From Marsupella aquatica (lineage: Eukaryota > Plantae > Marchantiophyta), in contig OZ316893.1 of the NCBI GenBank assembly GCA_973895155.1, forward strand, positions 27,414,210-27,478,209: a stretch of 64,000 bases of DNA, in the 5' to 3' direction. This document shows, one piece after another, positions 48,430 through 61,833 of the stretch. The notes under the pieces are model-generated. The model did not search any database. It was not told the DNA's origin and was given only the letters and a program-made list of their open reading frames with translations. A program made the position numbers and the translations under genes. Position 1 is the stretch's first letter; each line of letters begins with the position of its first letter.

Positions 48430-50663
48430 CTTATCATGGAATTCTAATGAAAAGAAGGAGTATTATTAGGCTATTAATAACATATACCATAAAAAACTTA
48501 AATTAAGAATAGAGGAATAAGATAAGGTATCATAATAGAAATAGAAACTAAGGAATTGAATCAATTGAAGGGGTCAAAAGAAATTACTAAATTCAGGAAA
48601 AAAACAAAGTAAAAGCATAGAATAGACCACATTTACATAAGAATATGTATTAAACAAACAAGTTTACTTACAGGACAAGCTAACCAAAGTGTGTACAACC
48701 ATTATAACAGCATCAAAAAAATTCTTGTCATTTGAAAATGTCACTCCCGTATTTACTCTATCATGAGGTAAATGTTTTTGGCACGATTAGATATTACATC
48801 ATGTGATATGGGATATCCTTTTCGTTTGAATATTTCACTGGGCTACTTCCCCTATCACCTGGCAAGTTCCTTTACCTTAGTTTCTTTCCCTGCACATGGA
48901 TTGACTCACAAACAACATTATCGAGTATATAACAGATCTCACTTGGCTCAAGGAATGTCCAAGGGATTAGTAGTAGCTGGTATAGTTTTCATTAATCTAA
49001 CGTAAATTTTCAAGGAATTCCAAGCGTACCCTGTAGCTTCTTTCGTAAACTTCTCATGCAGATTTAGTATTGTGCCAAGTTTATTCTCTCCTCCCATGTT
49101 TTCCTGACATCAGTGGACCCAAAGGAACAACTACTCCCTGATGCAACTGACCCATGATTGACATCAGGAGAAGACTTAGTTCCAAACGTCGTGGGATTCA
49201 TCAGTAGGCATAACAAGCACCATTTACATTTCTTATCTTAGGTTCGTCATCATCGCTGGAAGTGTCGAGCCGGCCTGGTGGTACGTAGGACTAAGTCATT
49301 TTGTGATAATTTAAAAATATTGGGATTGACACCAAGTTCTGGTGTTGCATCAGTACTCAGTGGAGAAGACTCAGTACTCGCGTAGCATCGAATTGAACGC
49401 ATAGTGCGGTAAGTATATGTAACTAAATGCTTGCCAATAGAGGGCGGTAACACTTGAAGTTGGGGTCGTCGGTTCCAGGAATCACCGTCCTGAATTAAGG
49501 TGCGCACCCGGAAGCCTGTAGCGGAAGTTTCTTGCGTCCATCTTAAGTAGCCTCAGAGCTCATAAAGATTATGCCTCTTCTGCATGAGGTTCCCGGTAGC
49601 CGGCCATTGCTCAAAGGTGTATCGCAGTTCAATCGTCGTAGTTCACGAGTTAGATACTTTGCAATATCACGATTTCCAGGGGGTTTTTGAACACCCCAGT
49701 TCTGTCATTTAGCTTCGCCCTACTGATGACATGCGTTTTGTGAAGCCTTGCTTATGACATTAAGTTTGAGGTTCACAAGGCAGGCCTACAGTATAACAAC
49801 CTCAAGGATTGAAGCTCGTTGAGAAGATCGGCAGTCTCATGTTCCAAAAACTGCTCATGTGCATGCAGACATCTATATAGATGTGCAACCGAACTGTGCC
49901 GACAGACTGCTTGGAGGAGATGAGACAGCTTCAAGATCCTTTCATTATCAAGGAAGAGCCTCAAGAATCATCGGCTAAAGTTACGTACAGCATCATGCCC
50001 TCCATGCACTGTACTGCATTTTTACATCGCAACACAATTTCTATTTCATTTCAAGATTGAGGATCTGAAACGTTTACGTTGGCTAGATCTATGTTTGATT
50101 TACATATTTTATCATATGAAGTATCTATGTATGCATGAATTCTGCCCCTCAAATCTATTCTCATAGGATGAATCGCTCCGTACGTACAACATCCTAAATT
50201 TGTCGATATACATACTACCCAAGAATCAAGAATATCAATTCGGTAGACAAGCCTCAAGCAGATCTAACTGCGTAGAGACTATCTAAATCAAACAAGACAT
50301 TTCCCGGCGCGCGTGAAAAAAATGGTCGCTCGTACTAGATATCATTTGTTCTCTCTTCAATTCTCCATAATGACTGCAGTTGTTTGGACGAAGTCTCTTC
50401 ACTCGTTATCTTCGAAGCTTTCCTCTTTTACCCTTCAAGTAGCAATCACCTTATTATTACTGTATTGCCTTGCTGATGGTGCATATGAATAACGACTTCC
50501 AAGAAGTTCCAAGCCGAGCGGAACGGTGTCGGAGCAGTTCACATATTACGCGGTCCTTCCAACTTTGAATTAAAACTGCCTGGTTTCTGAAATATATTTT
50601 GGGTAACAACTCGTTCCACTGAAGTCTCTGCCTCCATCAAGAAATTCTGAAGTTTCAAATAAA

Positions 50664-53415
50664 ATGGCGTCTGCTCAATACTCGTTACTCTTTGCGTTCG
50701 CAAGATTCGTTTTGTCCATTTTGCTGCTCACTCGGGTTGATGCCCAAAATCGGCGCTGGGAAGTTCAGGCCCTTGTGAGTTTCAAAGCTGCAACCAGCAC
50801 GACGGCATTCGATTCCGTAGGTTATTGGATCAACTTGAGCGAGAACGACGAAAACACGTGCAATTGGATAGGAGTGACTTGCGCAGCAAATTCGACTGTC
50901 TGTGGAACAGCTTGATCTATCGGGTTGGGGACTAGAGTTATATGTGGGACTGGACGCATTGTCCTGCCTCACAGATCTTCGTTACTTGGATCTGTCATCA
51001 AATAACTATGGGGCTGCATCAATTTACGTCGAATTTCCAGGGGGCCAGTCGCTGGATTTCTTTTATTAACATTCTGCCCACTCTGAGCAGTTTGACTGGG
51101 CTCATACGAAGTGAAAAAAATGGTCGCTCATACTAGATATCTTTCCAACAACTGCCTCGAAGGTAAGATACCAGAAAACATTTCCAGTTGCACGAGATTA
51201 CGGTAGATATCTCTCGCTGATAATAACCTCACCGGTGAAGTCCCCAGTCTGCGTGCATTGGGGATCTTGCAGGTTCTCCTTGCGAAAAATCAGCTTTCAT
51301 CTCCGCTTTCAGGCCAGTTTCAAACTTACCACAACTCCGGGACCTGAAGCTTGATAATAACATGTTCACGGATTTTGAAGGACCTCAGTTCCCGGCGGGT
51401 GCGGATAGTCTGCAGCACCGTCGGTCTCGGCGAATCAGCCTACTGGTGCGATTCCTTCCGGCATAATGAACCTGAGGGATCTCAAGTATCTTGATATGTC
51501 CCGCAATCAATTGTCACGGTCAATCCTCCTGGATTTACTGGACAAATTAATACCTCCCTTTCATTGGACCTGTCTCAAAAATCAGCTGACTGGCAGCATC
51601 GCTCCTGAGTTTCTGCAGCTTGGACAGTTAAGAAATAGTGCTGCTCTAAATTTGTCACATAACCTTCTTAGCGGTAGCTTACTGCCTTTTGTAACCCTCC
51701 TGGTTGACTAGTGTGGACCTAAGTTTCAACAACCTAAGCGGAAGCTTGCCCGCTAGTTACATAGCCAACACCATCCTATTGTGGCTTCAGCAACTCAGGA
51801 GACCTATCAAGACTGGTGAATTTCAAAAACGACGTAATTTGGGTTCTTCAAGTCCTCGACCTGAGCAACAACAATCTTCGAATGAGTACCACGGAAGACA
51901 ATCCTGATCCATTGAGAGCATTCCTAGAACTTTTCGTGCATTCCTAGAACTGTTCGTGCATTCGCATTTTTCTATAGCATTGACAGAGTGTCGGATGGGG
52001 GCCAACAATTTCTCAGGAGCCTCTTTACCTGCAAGCTTGGCATGAGCAGCAGTCTCCTTCACTTGGATTTGAGCAACAGTCACTTGAATGGGGAGATATC
52101 GAGTGCGGCGTTGAATACCACGTGGTTTCCTTGGCTCCAACCCCTAAACTTGTCTGACAATGATTTAACTGGACCTGTTCCTGATACCATCGCTATCCTT
52201 CCAAATCTTACAAGTCTCGATGTCACCAACAATAAACTTTCTGGGCAACTACCATTCATACACCAAACAGTGTGCTGAGCTACAATCCGAGATTCTTTCT
52301 GGGCAATCGTAGACTATGCGGTGATCCCTTGCCTCCTTGTCAAGGGACAGCTGGTGTACGGTGGTGGGCGTTTTTCCTCGTAGTCAGCGGATCTGTAATA
52401 ACAGTTTTGGGTAGTTGTTTGGCTGTTCAAAGCATTGTTAGAACAGGAATCCGCGTCACTCATGTCCCTTCGGAAGCTGAGAAAAGCCACAGACAATTTT
52501 TCTAAACGTGCACAAATAGGAGAAGGAGGCTTTGGCGCCGTATACAAAGGTGAATTGGAGGATGGAACGGTGGTGGCCATCAAGAGGAGCAAGCGCAATG
52601 ATTCCCAAAAGACAAGGAACGGTTGTTTAATGAGGTGAAAATCTTGTCATAATTGAACCACCGTTGTCTTGTAAAGCTGTTGGGTTGTTGTATGGAGAAT
52701 AAGACTGCCTTGCTTGTCTTCGAATTTGTGTCGAATGGCACACTTCAAGAACATCGTCAAGGGAAGATCGGGAGGGCGTTTGAGTTGGACGCAACGACTT
52801 GACATTGCGGTCCATATTGCTGAAGCTTTGCACTTCCTTCATTCAACTTTCAAAACTCCCATCTACCACAGGGATGTCAAGTCCGCCAATAATCTCTTAG
52901 ATGAGGACCTTAATGCAAAAGTGGCGGATTTTGGAATCTCAAAGTGGGCTCCCATTAAAGCTACACACGTATCGACCATTGCAGTACGAGGCACCATGGG
53001 GTACATAGATCCTCAGTACTTTGCCTGCTGCCAGCTTACTGAAAAAAGTGACGTACGTGTATGGCTTTGGTGTGGTTCTACTAGAGCTTATATCCGCCAA
53101 ACCCCCGATAGACTTTGTCAGAAGTGGTGTGAAGACGCAAGTTTAGTGATTTTTGCAAAGCCGGAGATAGAGAAGGGAGATCTGAACGAATTGATCGATC
53201 CTGCTCTTAGAGAGACGTACACTGACCCGGGTGGTCATGGTAGGGACTCGATCTTGAATGTGGGAAGGTTGGCTTTGAAATGTTTGAACATGCAATCCAA
53301 AGCCAGACCAAATATGAGTGACGTTGGGAGAGAGTTGGAAAACCTGCGGTTCGCGCTGGGCAGCAAATCGGAGTGCGTGGGCTCTGTCGATGAAGATGGG
53401 AGTGATGTTGATTAG
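50664..53415 (+). pseudogene. LRR receptor-like kinase pseudogene
   Basis: Signal peptide, LRRNT CNWIGVTC, multiple LxxLDLSxNxLSG repeats, GNRRLCG cap, TM segment, and kinase motifs IGEGGFGAVYKG, VAIKR, HRDVKS, DFG, GTMGYIDP. It is broken by many stops and frameshifts, and no introns are evident. Confidence 0.92.
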
Positions 53416-56400
53416 AACATCATGATCGTACAATCCTCGTCTCTGAATCTTTAGCGAGGTCTACAGCTTTAATTTGCAGAATTATGGTAGTGGAATTGAA
53501 ATGACAGAATCCACACACCTTGAATTCTCAGTTCATTAGGCAAATGACAAAATCCTAATGTTGCTGCCTAGCGTGGGGATGTACTTACTAGACAAAATTT
53601 GGAAGCTGTCCCGATGATAGCTAAGAGGATAAATCAGTCTGTGTAGATCGAAGGGAGGTTACTTGAAGGATTATAGGAAAGGTCAAATCGCTCAGTTCAA
53701 CAGGCAAATTGAATAACCAAATTGTAGCTAAGAGGATGCAGGTCTATGATCAGGATTGCAGCCACTACATGTACAATCGATGGCGAAGATCGATCAGTTG
53801 GCAAGATATTGCCTTTGCCTCCTCACTCAAGCAATATATGTGATCAGGATCATGTTGCAAACTATGTACCAGGGAAATGGACTCGGGAATCGATCGTCTT
53901 TCTCCCAGCTTCTAGGAAGATTTGAAATGGACATTGCTTCATCACTGTTTCATTTGGTGAATTTGTTGACCATTTTGTCATCCCTTCTAGTCGAGTTGAA
54001 AAAAATTCTTTGTACTGGCATTACGGGCGGGAATGCGAGTTCAGCATGGTGCATTTCTATTCACGCCCTCCGCTGATGACATTCAACTCTTTATAGAAAA
54101 CAGTGCAATCTGAGTCCCTTCTCGCAAATTTATGCAATTTCCTACTTCGTTCCTTACGATCATGCTGCTCAAATGGCTTTCCTGGCTTTCCTCGTATTTA
54201 AGTTGCTATAATCGTGTAGATCCTACACTCCAGACGCATTAACCCTGGCTTGTGAACAAAAGAATTCCCTTGCTGCTCAAATGATCTGGCCATAGTATAG
54301 ACCTGCTGGGTCATGATTCCGACGATAGATGATCCTGGAACGGATTCTGCCATCCCCTCAACTTCGGTCAATCTGCAAGTTTTTCCTTGGCCCGTTTCCC
54401 TTCTCAGTAATTGATGAGCTTTTCTTCCCTTTAGTTCTTGCTAGGTCTAGCTCCCTACCGGATGTTCTATCTCAGCTGCCGGGTGCACAACTAGATTTTG
54501 TTACGTCGGATGCTAACTGATTGTCTTGAAATACGACATTAACATATCTAACGTCGAACAAAACGTTTGAAATAACCTATGACATGTTTGAAATAACCTA
54601 CGACGTTATTACCACGTCGTAGAAAATAGGGTCGCCGATTGTTCCTCCTTCAACATTGCTTTAAAAAAATTTGAATGGACGTCGTCTGATCAGGGTGACA
54701 TTACATCGTCGTAGACTACGTTAAATTGATGTCGCTGCGCGAACAATGATCTCTCACGCCACGACCTCTACCCATCTCTCCCTTTGTCCTTCCCTCTCGC
54801 AATCATCTCAGTCTCTCGGTGCTCATTCATGCATGCTAATCTCTGCTGTCAGTCTGTTTGGTACTGGATAACCCCAAATGACTTGCTTCTTGCTTTCAAT
54901 CTGTCTAAATACCTTCCAAACTGTGTCAGTGTTGGCCCAATTTTGAGGGCGTGATAGGGTCCCATGTATTGTATGCCTTCAGTGGATAATTCGAGCCAAA
55001 AATGTGCAAAAAGTGGAATCTTGGAAGCATGAAAGGACCGACGAAACTGTGAATCTAAGCAAGGATCTGACACAGTGGGAGAGTGCATCTGGTTCTGATG
55101 ATACAACAGAATGAAGGAAGTCGGAGCAATATATGGACAAGCAATGAAAATAATGGAAACTGGAGACATGGGGTCCAAGTGTGAAAGGAAGGGGAGAGGC
55201 AACCTGGTGCCAAGAGAAGAGGAGTAGGTAAGGGACGACTGTAGGGCGGATTGACTGTTACAAGTCTTCAAGGGCCTTCCCCTCTTCTGTTTCTTTCCCT
55301 TTATTGGGTTGCTTTGCCTTTGGGACCCTGTCTGTTTGGCTTTTGTGCTTTTTGGCACTTTCATATATACTTCAATAAATTACAAGTCACACTTTTCAAA
55401 CCACCACTCATATCCATCATACACCACTGTTTACATGTCAAGCTAGCTAGCTAGGTGACATGTTGGTTGTCCAATGTTAATTGGCTTGACTGTGTGTAGG
55501 TACATACTATACATCAAAACTGCCAAAGAGCAAACAATGTCAGCCAGGACATAAATACTTATACTAAACTGTTAAAAACAAAATTAAAGCGTCAAACTGG
55601 AAGACAGAATGTAGGAGTCAGACCCAAAATGATGAAAAAGGGAAGCGAGCGAGGGAAAACGCGTAGGGAGACCAAAGAGCCACAAAAAAAACCTATACAG
55701 TCCCTCCCTCGGCAAACATACTAAAGCCCTACTTAGTTAATAAATGAAAAACTAGAAAGCCTGGCGAAGAATGGGTGTTTACATGCATACTGTCTACTAC
55801 TATGTGTACCAGACTCCTTTATTTAATCCCGTTTTAATACTGTTGCAACCCTGTTGGAAAGACTAAGGGACAAAAAAGTGTGGATGAGTGCCTGTCAAAA
55901 CAAAGTGTGAGCAACAAAGGAGTATGGACTGAGCCCGGGCCTGCACCTACCCACTCTTCCTGCCCACTTTTGACACTCAGTCCTTTGCCTCCTCTCTGAC
56001 GCTAGATCCAGATGCTACTGTAGATCCGGGGCTAAATCCATAGTTAACTCACACTAACCTGTCTGATTACCCAGAACATGCCTCGCAGGGTCTGCAGTTG
56101 TGACTAGGTGGTTGTAAGTATCCAACTTATTACACGTAAGGTCGTCTCAAACATGGGGTTTGACTGTCACCGTTTGCCCCCTAGGAAGATGTTAACATAC
56201 ATCAACTGCCATTTTAGGCAGTTCATAACTTTTATCTGACTAACCTACTCTCTAGTGGTGATTACTTCTCAACTAGTTTTGAGACGCCATATTGGATCCG
56301 TCCGCCCCAACCCTGCCTGGCACCTTAATCCCAAGCCCCAGACCTTTCCTCCTTATCCTCAAAGCCCCTACCTCTTCTACATACAAGAACTGCATTATTA

Positions 56401-59400
56401 CACATCTTAGTTGTTTATAAACCAATTATGAAAAATAGTTCAAATTGGTAGGAAATGTCCTTGCTCTTTGCGCTGTTGGCACACTCTCCCAATTAGATAA
56501 ACTGAGGGCCCGGGGATACACTTTGATGCCTATTGTTATTGACGTAGAATGATGAGACACCAAAAAACTAAGATGCATTTTGTGTTTCTTATTGATCCAT
56601 CCCGTCTCCATTTGTTCCTTTGCTTTTTTTTGTTCGCCAATTTGTACTAAAGTTTGTCCTGTCCCAAAGAGATAAGTCTGACATGTAATCTTTTTGAAGG
56701 GATAAGAACAGTAGAAAGGGCCGAAATTGGAGTCCAGTGCAATTAAAGTGGAGCAACACGATCTTCAAGTGATTGAAATTGATTGAAGGGATGGCGCAAG
56801 GGATCAAATTGTACGAAGTATATTAACTTACTCTTCACTACTCTGGGAATTTTCATTATTTTTTTATTTGGACAGAATTCTTCGAGTCACAAACCCCTCC
56901 TTGGACAGAATTCTTTGAGTCACAAACCCCTCCTGAATCCTTTTTTTCCATGTCACTTTATGAAGTATTACCCCACGGATGAGGCCACTGCAACCGGATG
57001 TGACAACCTGGCCTGGGGACTCTCAATTTTGAATGAGAAATAATGTAAGGTGCAAGTGGCAAACAGTGACAAATGAAACTTTGGAGTGTAAAAAATGAAG
57101 TAAATTGTTCAAAAATGCACTTGGGCTTTAGGCTCGATCAGTCATCCCCACTTGGGGATAATGGCTGTAACCCCCTTGACCTCACTGCCATTGGGGATTA
57201 CATCCCATTACCCCCAGCCTGTTGGGAATGGGGTACCGTACATGACACCCAATTTCAACAAGGTAACATGACTGTATACAATTATAGCTGTCAGAATGGA
57301 GATTATTTTGATCAAGTAGAGGACATATGATTGCCAGTTGATCAATTAATTACGTTTCATTTGGGATTCCTCCATCTCTTCTGTATGATACACATATTTG
57401 CTAACAAATTACTAGTGTTTAATCCCTTTGGACCAAAGCCACTCTTTAAATACCATGTAACCGTGCATGCAAATTGGCCGCTTACAGGAGCTTGACTTAC
57501 CAATAGTCAAACATAAGAATTGCCAGGCATGTAAACTCCCGAGTAAACTGGGGCAGCCCAGGCCCAACCTAATAGTTTCCCATAAGCTAGCTTATAAGTC
57601 CACAGAGCAAAGTAAATTGGACTCAAGTTGCTCTGATGCAGGGTACTTCAGAGTGAGACGTGCTTTCCACTGTCTTGATCATACTGTCTATAGCCTAATT
57701 AAAGGGAACTCCAACCTACTGTAGGTTACTTGAAAGTGGATAATTATGGTCTTGTGGTTACAAATCATCAATCATCGAGGATTCAATTGTGTGGTAAAAA
57801 GGGAGCCAGGCATATGACTGGATGGAGACCCTATCTAGGGACCATATCCCCTGCAATCATGACAATATAGAGATGCTATAGGTGAGAGACAGGCTAGTAG
57901 GCATGTGCCACTTCTAAAAAATATGATCAGACAAGAAGCTACCAATCTATTGATTCTCTGATACCAGCCTTGTAAGAATAGTGATGCTTCTTGAGCTCCT
58001 CCCTTCGTACAGCTTGAGGCAATATATATCGTATAAAGGTTATTTGGGCCTGGGATATGTGGCTCCTCCTAATTGCACAAGAGGCATGAATGCACACCAC
58101 TCTCACCTATAGCAAATATACGCACCAATCGTGCAATCATGCAACACTAGCCTCAACAAGAACCAATCAGGGTTTTTTGAGTCTAAGACTCACCACGTAA
58201 ACTAGACCCAAGGAGTGGCCACAAGGGTTAGAGGCATCTCGCATTTAAATGGTCCTTCGTTTGTTCTCCCTGATATATGATCTACAACTATAATAAGGGA
58301 TCCCGCATGTTTTTGTCCATAGTCCCAATACAAAAAACTCCTAGGTGGGAAAGATCCACATCCGTTGGATGTGTGTTGGCTGTTTTCCCTGACCATTGAT
58401 GAAGGAAATGGCACCCCTGGCATATAATTATGTGCTTCCCCACGTTTCCCCATAAATGCCCCAGCCCTCCTTGCGCCGATGCATAGGGCTTGTTGTCTAT
58501 AATATCGTGAAAAGCCAACTTAGCACATGAGCTTGAGCAAACTGTATGTCAACAGAGTTCCCTGTTGGTAATGAAGTCCCCAAAAAAACTCACAGCACTT
58601 ACCCAATTTAGCCCTCTTGGTCACTTTATTGCGGCTATTCAAATCTTCTGTAGGTTTGCCACCTTTCATTTTGTCTTCCCTCACATAAGGGATTAGGACC
58701 TGCGTTTCCTCCAAAGCCATGTTGTTTACATTATCTCACAAATAGAATTTGGGCCTGCCATGGGAAGGTTTCTTGCACAATTGACTTTGGAGGGTATATA
58801 TGTGTGGGGAGGGTTGTGTAGTGGGGGCAGTACTAGTGTAGTTGTCCCCTCAGCCCCTTATTTGCTCACTTTGGGATTCTGATTTAATTCCCTTGCTCCC
58901 TCTGGGCTGCTAGGGTCCGTTGCTGGATGGGTGGGTATCATATTTCAGTTTCAAGCAAAAAAAAAAAACTCTTACATATTTGAATGATAAACTCAATAAT
59001 AATCTAAATGCATCCCTCAAAGCTACAACAAATTTTGGCTAGTTTGCTGAGCATACGAGTTCTTATCTCTCATTTATCAGTCTTTGAGAAAAAGACCCTA
59101 AATAACTCAATGACATATGAGCACCAATTAGACATAGTTTGTGAGGCAGAGAGTGACAATGAAATTTTAGATTCTTGAGGGCACCACTTGCAGATGCTAT
59201 GGATATGACATAAACTCTGTGTGCCCATCTGCATCTCACTGGGTCCCACTCTCCGACCAACACCGAGAATAGCCAATTTTTTATTGCACCCCTAATAAAT
59301 GAGTCATATTGGCGATTGAGTCCAATTGGATTTTTGGAATTCCAATTCCAAGTTTTCCGATATCTAATAAAAAAACTAGGATCAGGGTCTGATATCTAAT

Positions 59401-60495
59401 TGAAGTGAAGCTTCTAGACGAATAACTTGGGTGAAAAGTTTACCATTAGTTCCATCTACTACTAGCAAAGCTTAGACATTGAGGCTAGTGACATGTCAAG
59501 TGAAATGACTATAAAACTCACCATGCAAGCTTGCACAAGCTTTATTATTAATTAAGCAGGATTTGCAGCAACCCAGATTTGTTTGCCACGGTCGGTTCAT
59601 CATTTGGGCGGTGGTGGCACAGTAGTAAACAGGATCGTGTCATCCATCCTTAGTGCCTATCGAATATCCGTCCTTTTGCAAAGTGTAAAAGTGATGTGGG
59701 TGGCACTTTTTTTTTGTATGTGGGTTCTTTTGGCAGTGCGAAATTAAGAACCTCCAAAATACGCGTTCAAAATCGAATCTATCTAGAGGATTGAATAATG
59801 CCCACTGCGCCTCGTCAGCCCCAGTAGGCGCACCACGGGAAGGTGCAGCTCACGATTGATTATTTCCTCGCCAATCCACTCCCTCTTCCAATTTCACCGT
59901 CCACAATGGTACTACGTCACTCGATCCCGTTGCGCCCTCCCACATTGGATTGAGCCCGTCACCTGAATTCACGTTTCAGCTTCACTTCGTCCCCATCAGG
60001 CACTCACTCAGCAGTCAGCAGCACTGTTTCGGAGCTCGATCTAGATCCGATTAATTGATTCGTGCCACCTTCCCTGCCTGCCTTTCCTTTGCTGTGTCTG
60101 CCCACCCCCACCGAGCCGGCCCACTCGATCGAGCTGACTCCAAGGCCCGTGAATGCTCGAGCCTTACCTCTGTTTAGTTTATTATAAATGCCTCGAAGGC
60201 GGGCCCTTGAGTGACACATCAGTTGACACATCTCACCCCATCTCGTCACCACCGATTGAACAAGTGTTGGCACTCGATAAGCTGTCGATCGGTCTTCATT
60301 CTCCGCGTCCTGAATTCCTTTCTCATTTCCCTCTGTTAAATTCTGTTGAACGAGAGAGTTGAGAGAAAGCGAGAGTGAGCTGCATTTGCTGAATTGATAT
60401 CGTCGAGAGAGTGTGAGATCAATTACGCTGTGACAGTGAGTGTGTGAGTGAGAAGGCGTCGAAGGAGAGGGCTAGAGAAAGGGTATTTTGCAATC

Positions 60496-61833
60496 ATGTC
60501 GGACGAATACGGGCGCGAGGAGCGACACCACCGCAACCGACGGGAGAATGAGGATGAGTATGGCGCACCTCCTCCCCGACGAGAGGAGGAGTCGGAGTAT
60601 GGCTACCAGCAGCCACCCCGGCGCCAATCTGAGTTTGAAGGCGAGGAGGGAGGCTACGGAAATCGCCCACCGAGGCGCGAGGAGGGCGGGTACAACGAAG
60701 GGGGATACTCGGAGGGTCGTCAGCCTCCCCGGCGCCAATCGGAGTATGAAGGCGAGGAAGGAGGCTATGGAAGTCGCCAGCCGAGGCGCGAGGAGGGTGG
60801 GTACAACGAGGGAGGATACTCTGAGGGTGGTTATGGAGGTAGAAAGCCCGTCGTCGAGACAACGACTTATCAGGAGACCTACCCGACTGACGAGGGCATC
60901 GCCACCAACAGAGTGGAGGTGACCAAACACAAGCGGGAGGAGGAAGTCGCCGGGTTTGGCGGATTAGCCGCCGGCGCATTTGCCCTGGTATGTAATAATA
61001 CGAGTACTACTGTGACATAATATGTAGCTATCCGTCCATCGATGGAGTGCATGCATTTTATCATTCCACTCTCTGGTTCTGCATGGAACTGTTCTAGCGT
61101 CGACTGTGATTGTGAGGGACTACATGAGACAATTGGCTATAGAACAACACTCGTGCATGATACCGATGGCCAATTTGCTTCCGTGCAATGTATGACACTG
61201 TTCAATTAGTAACAGATAGACGTTGCTTCAAATCTGTGACCCCGTTTTTATTTGATCAAATTGAATGATCGGGGCTAGATCATGCAATGTGGACATGATG
61301 ATTGACAATGCTGCCTATGCTCTTGTGGGAGCAGTACGTTGAAGCGTTTTCCTTTGTCTTGGTTTCTTCCCTCCTTTGCCTTGCAGCGACGTGCTAGTCA
61401 ATTATCGTTTTAGATTATTATGGCCCCTGCGTTCCGGCCTCTAATCAGACTATTTCAATCACAGTTTTCCTTCTGCTATATCTCTTCTTTGGATCATTTC
61501 TTTCATCGACTCGTCTTTGGTTGTGAATCCAGTTGTAGCATTCCATGATCTAGGGATTCTGTTTTACTGCCTTTGCGCAATCGACTTATCTGACGACGAT
61601 GCTGTTGAACTCTATGCGTGCAGTATGAGGGTCATGAGGCTAAGAAGGATCCTGAGCATGCCGCCAGGCACAGATTGGAGGAGGAGATTGCAGGGACAGG
61701 GGCGGTGGGAGCTGAGGGATTTGCTCTCTACGAGCACCACGAGAAGAAGGGATCGGAGGAGCAGGTGGACGAGTACGAGAAGAAGCTGGTGGAGGGTGAG
61801 TCGGGAGAGAAGAAGCACGGTTGGTTCGGTTAA
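60496..61833 (+). CDS. ASR: ASR (ABA/WDS-induced, abscisic stress ripening) family protein, 2 exons, 233 aa
   Basis: Exon 1 is 60496-60987, the intron is GT..AG, and exon 2 is 61624-61833. The spliced product reads [10 protein letters not shown]|[39 protein letters not shown]...KKHGWFG, the ABA/WDS domain with its usual intron position. A TATA-like TTATAAAT lies at about 60182. Confidence 0.9.
60610..60831 (+). repeat. 111-bp (37-aa) in-frame tandem duplication within ASR exon 1
   Basis: QPPRRQSE(F/Y)[25 protein letters not shown] x2, with units starting at 60610 and 60721. Confidence 0.9.

Noticed and set aside
54530-54730. CACTA-like subterminal ACGACG/CGTCGT repeats
   Set aside because: No CACTA terminus, TSD or transposase was found nearby.
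55450-59400. Many short ORFs, probably old TE debris
   Set aside because: No diagnostic motifs could be recognised by eye.
60472-60979. Antisense and alternative-frame ORFs over ASR (similar ones overlie VPS28, the FkbM-type gene and the ParB gene)
   Set aside because: These are shadow frames of real coding sequence.
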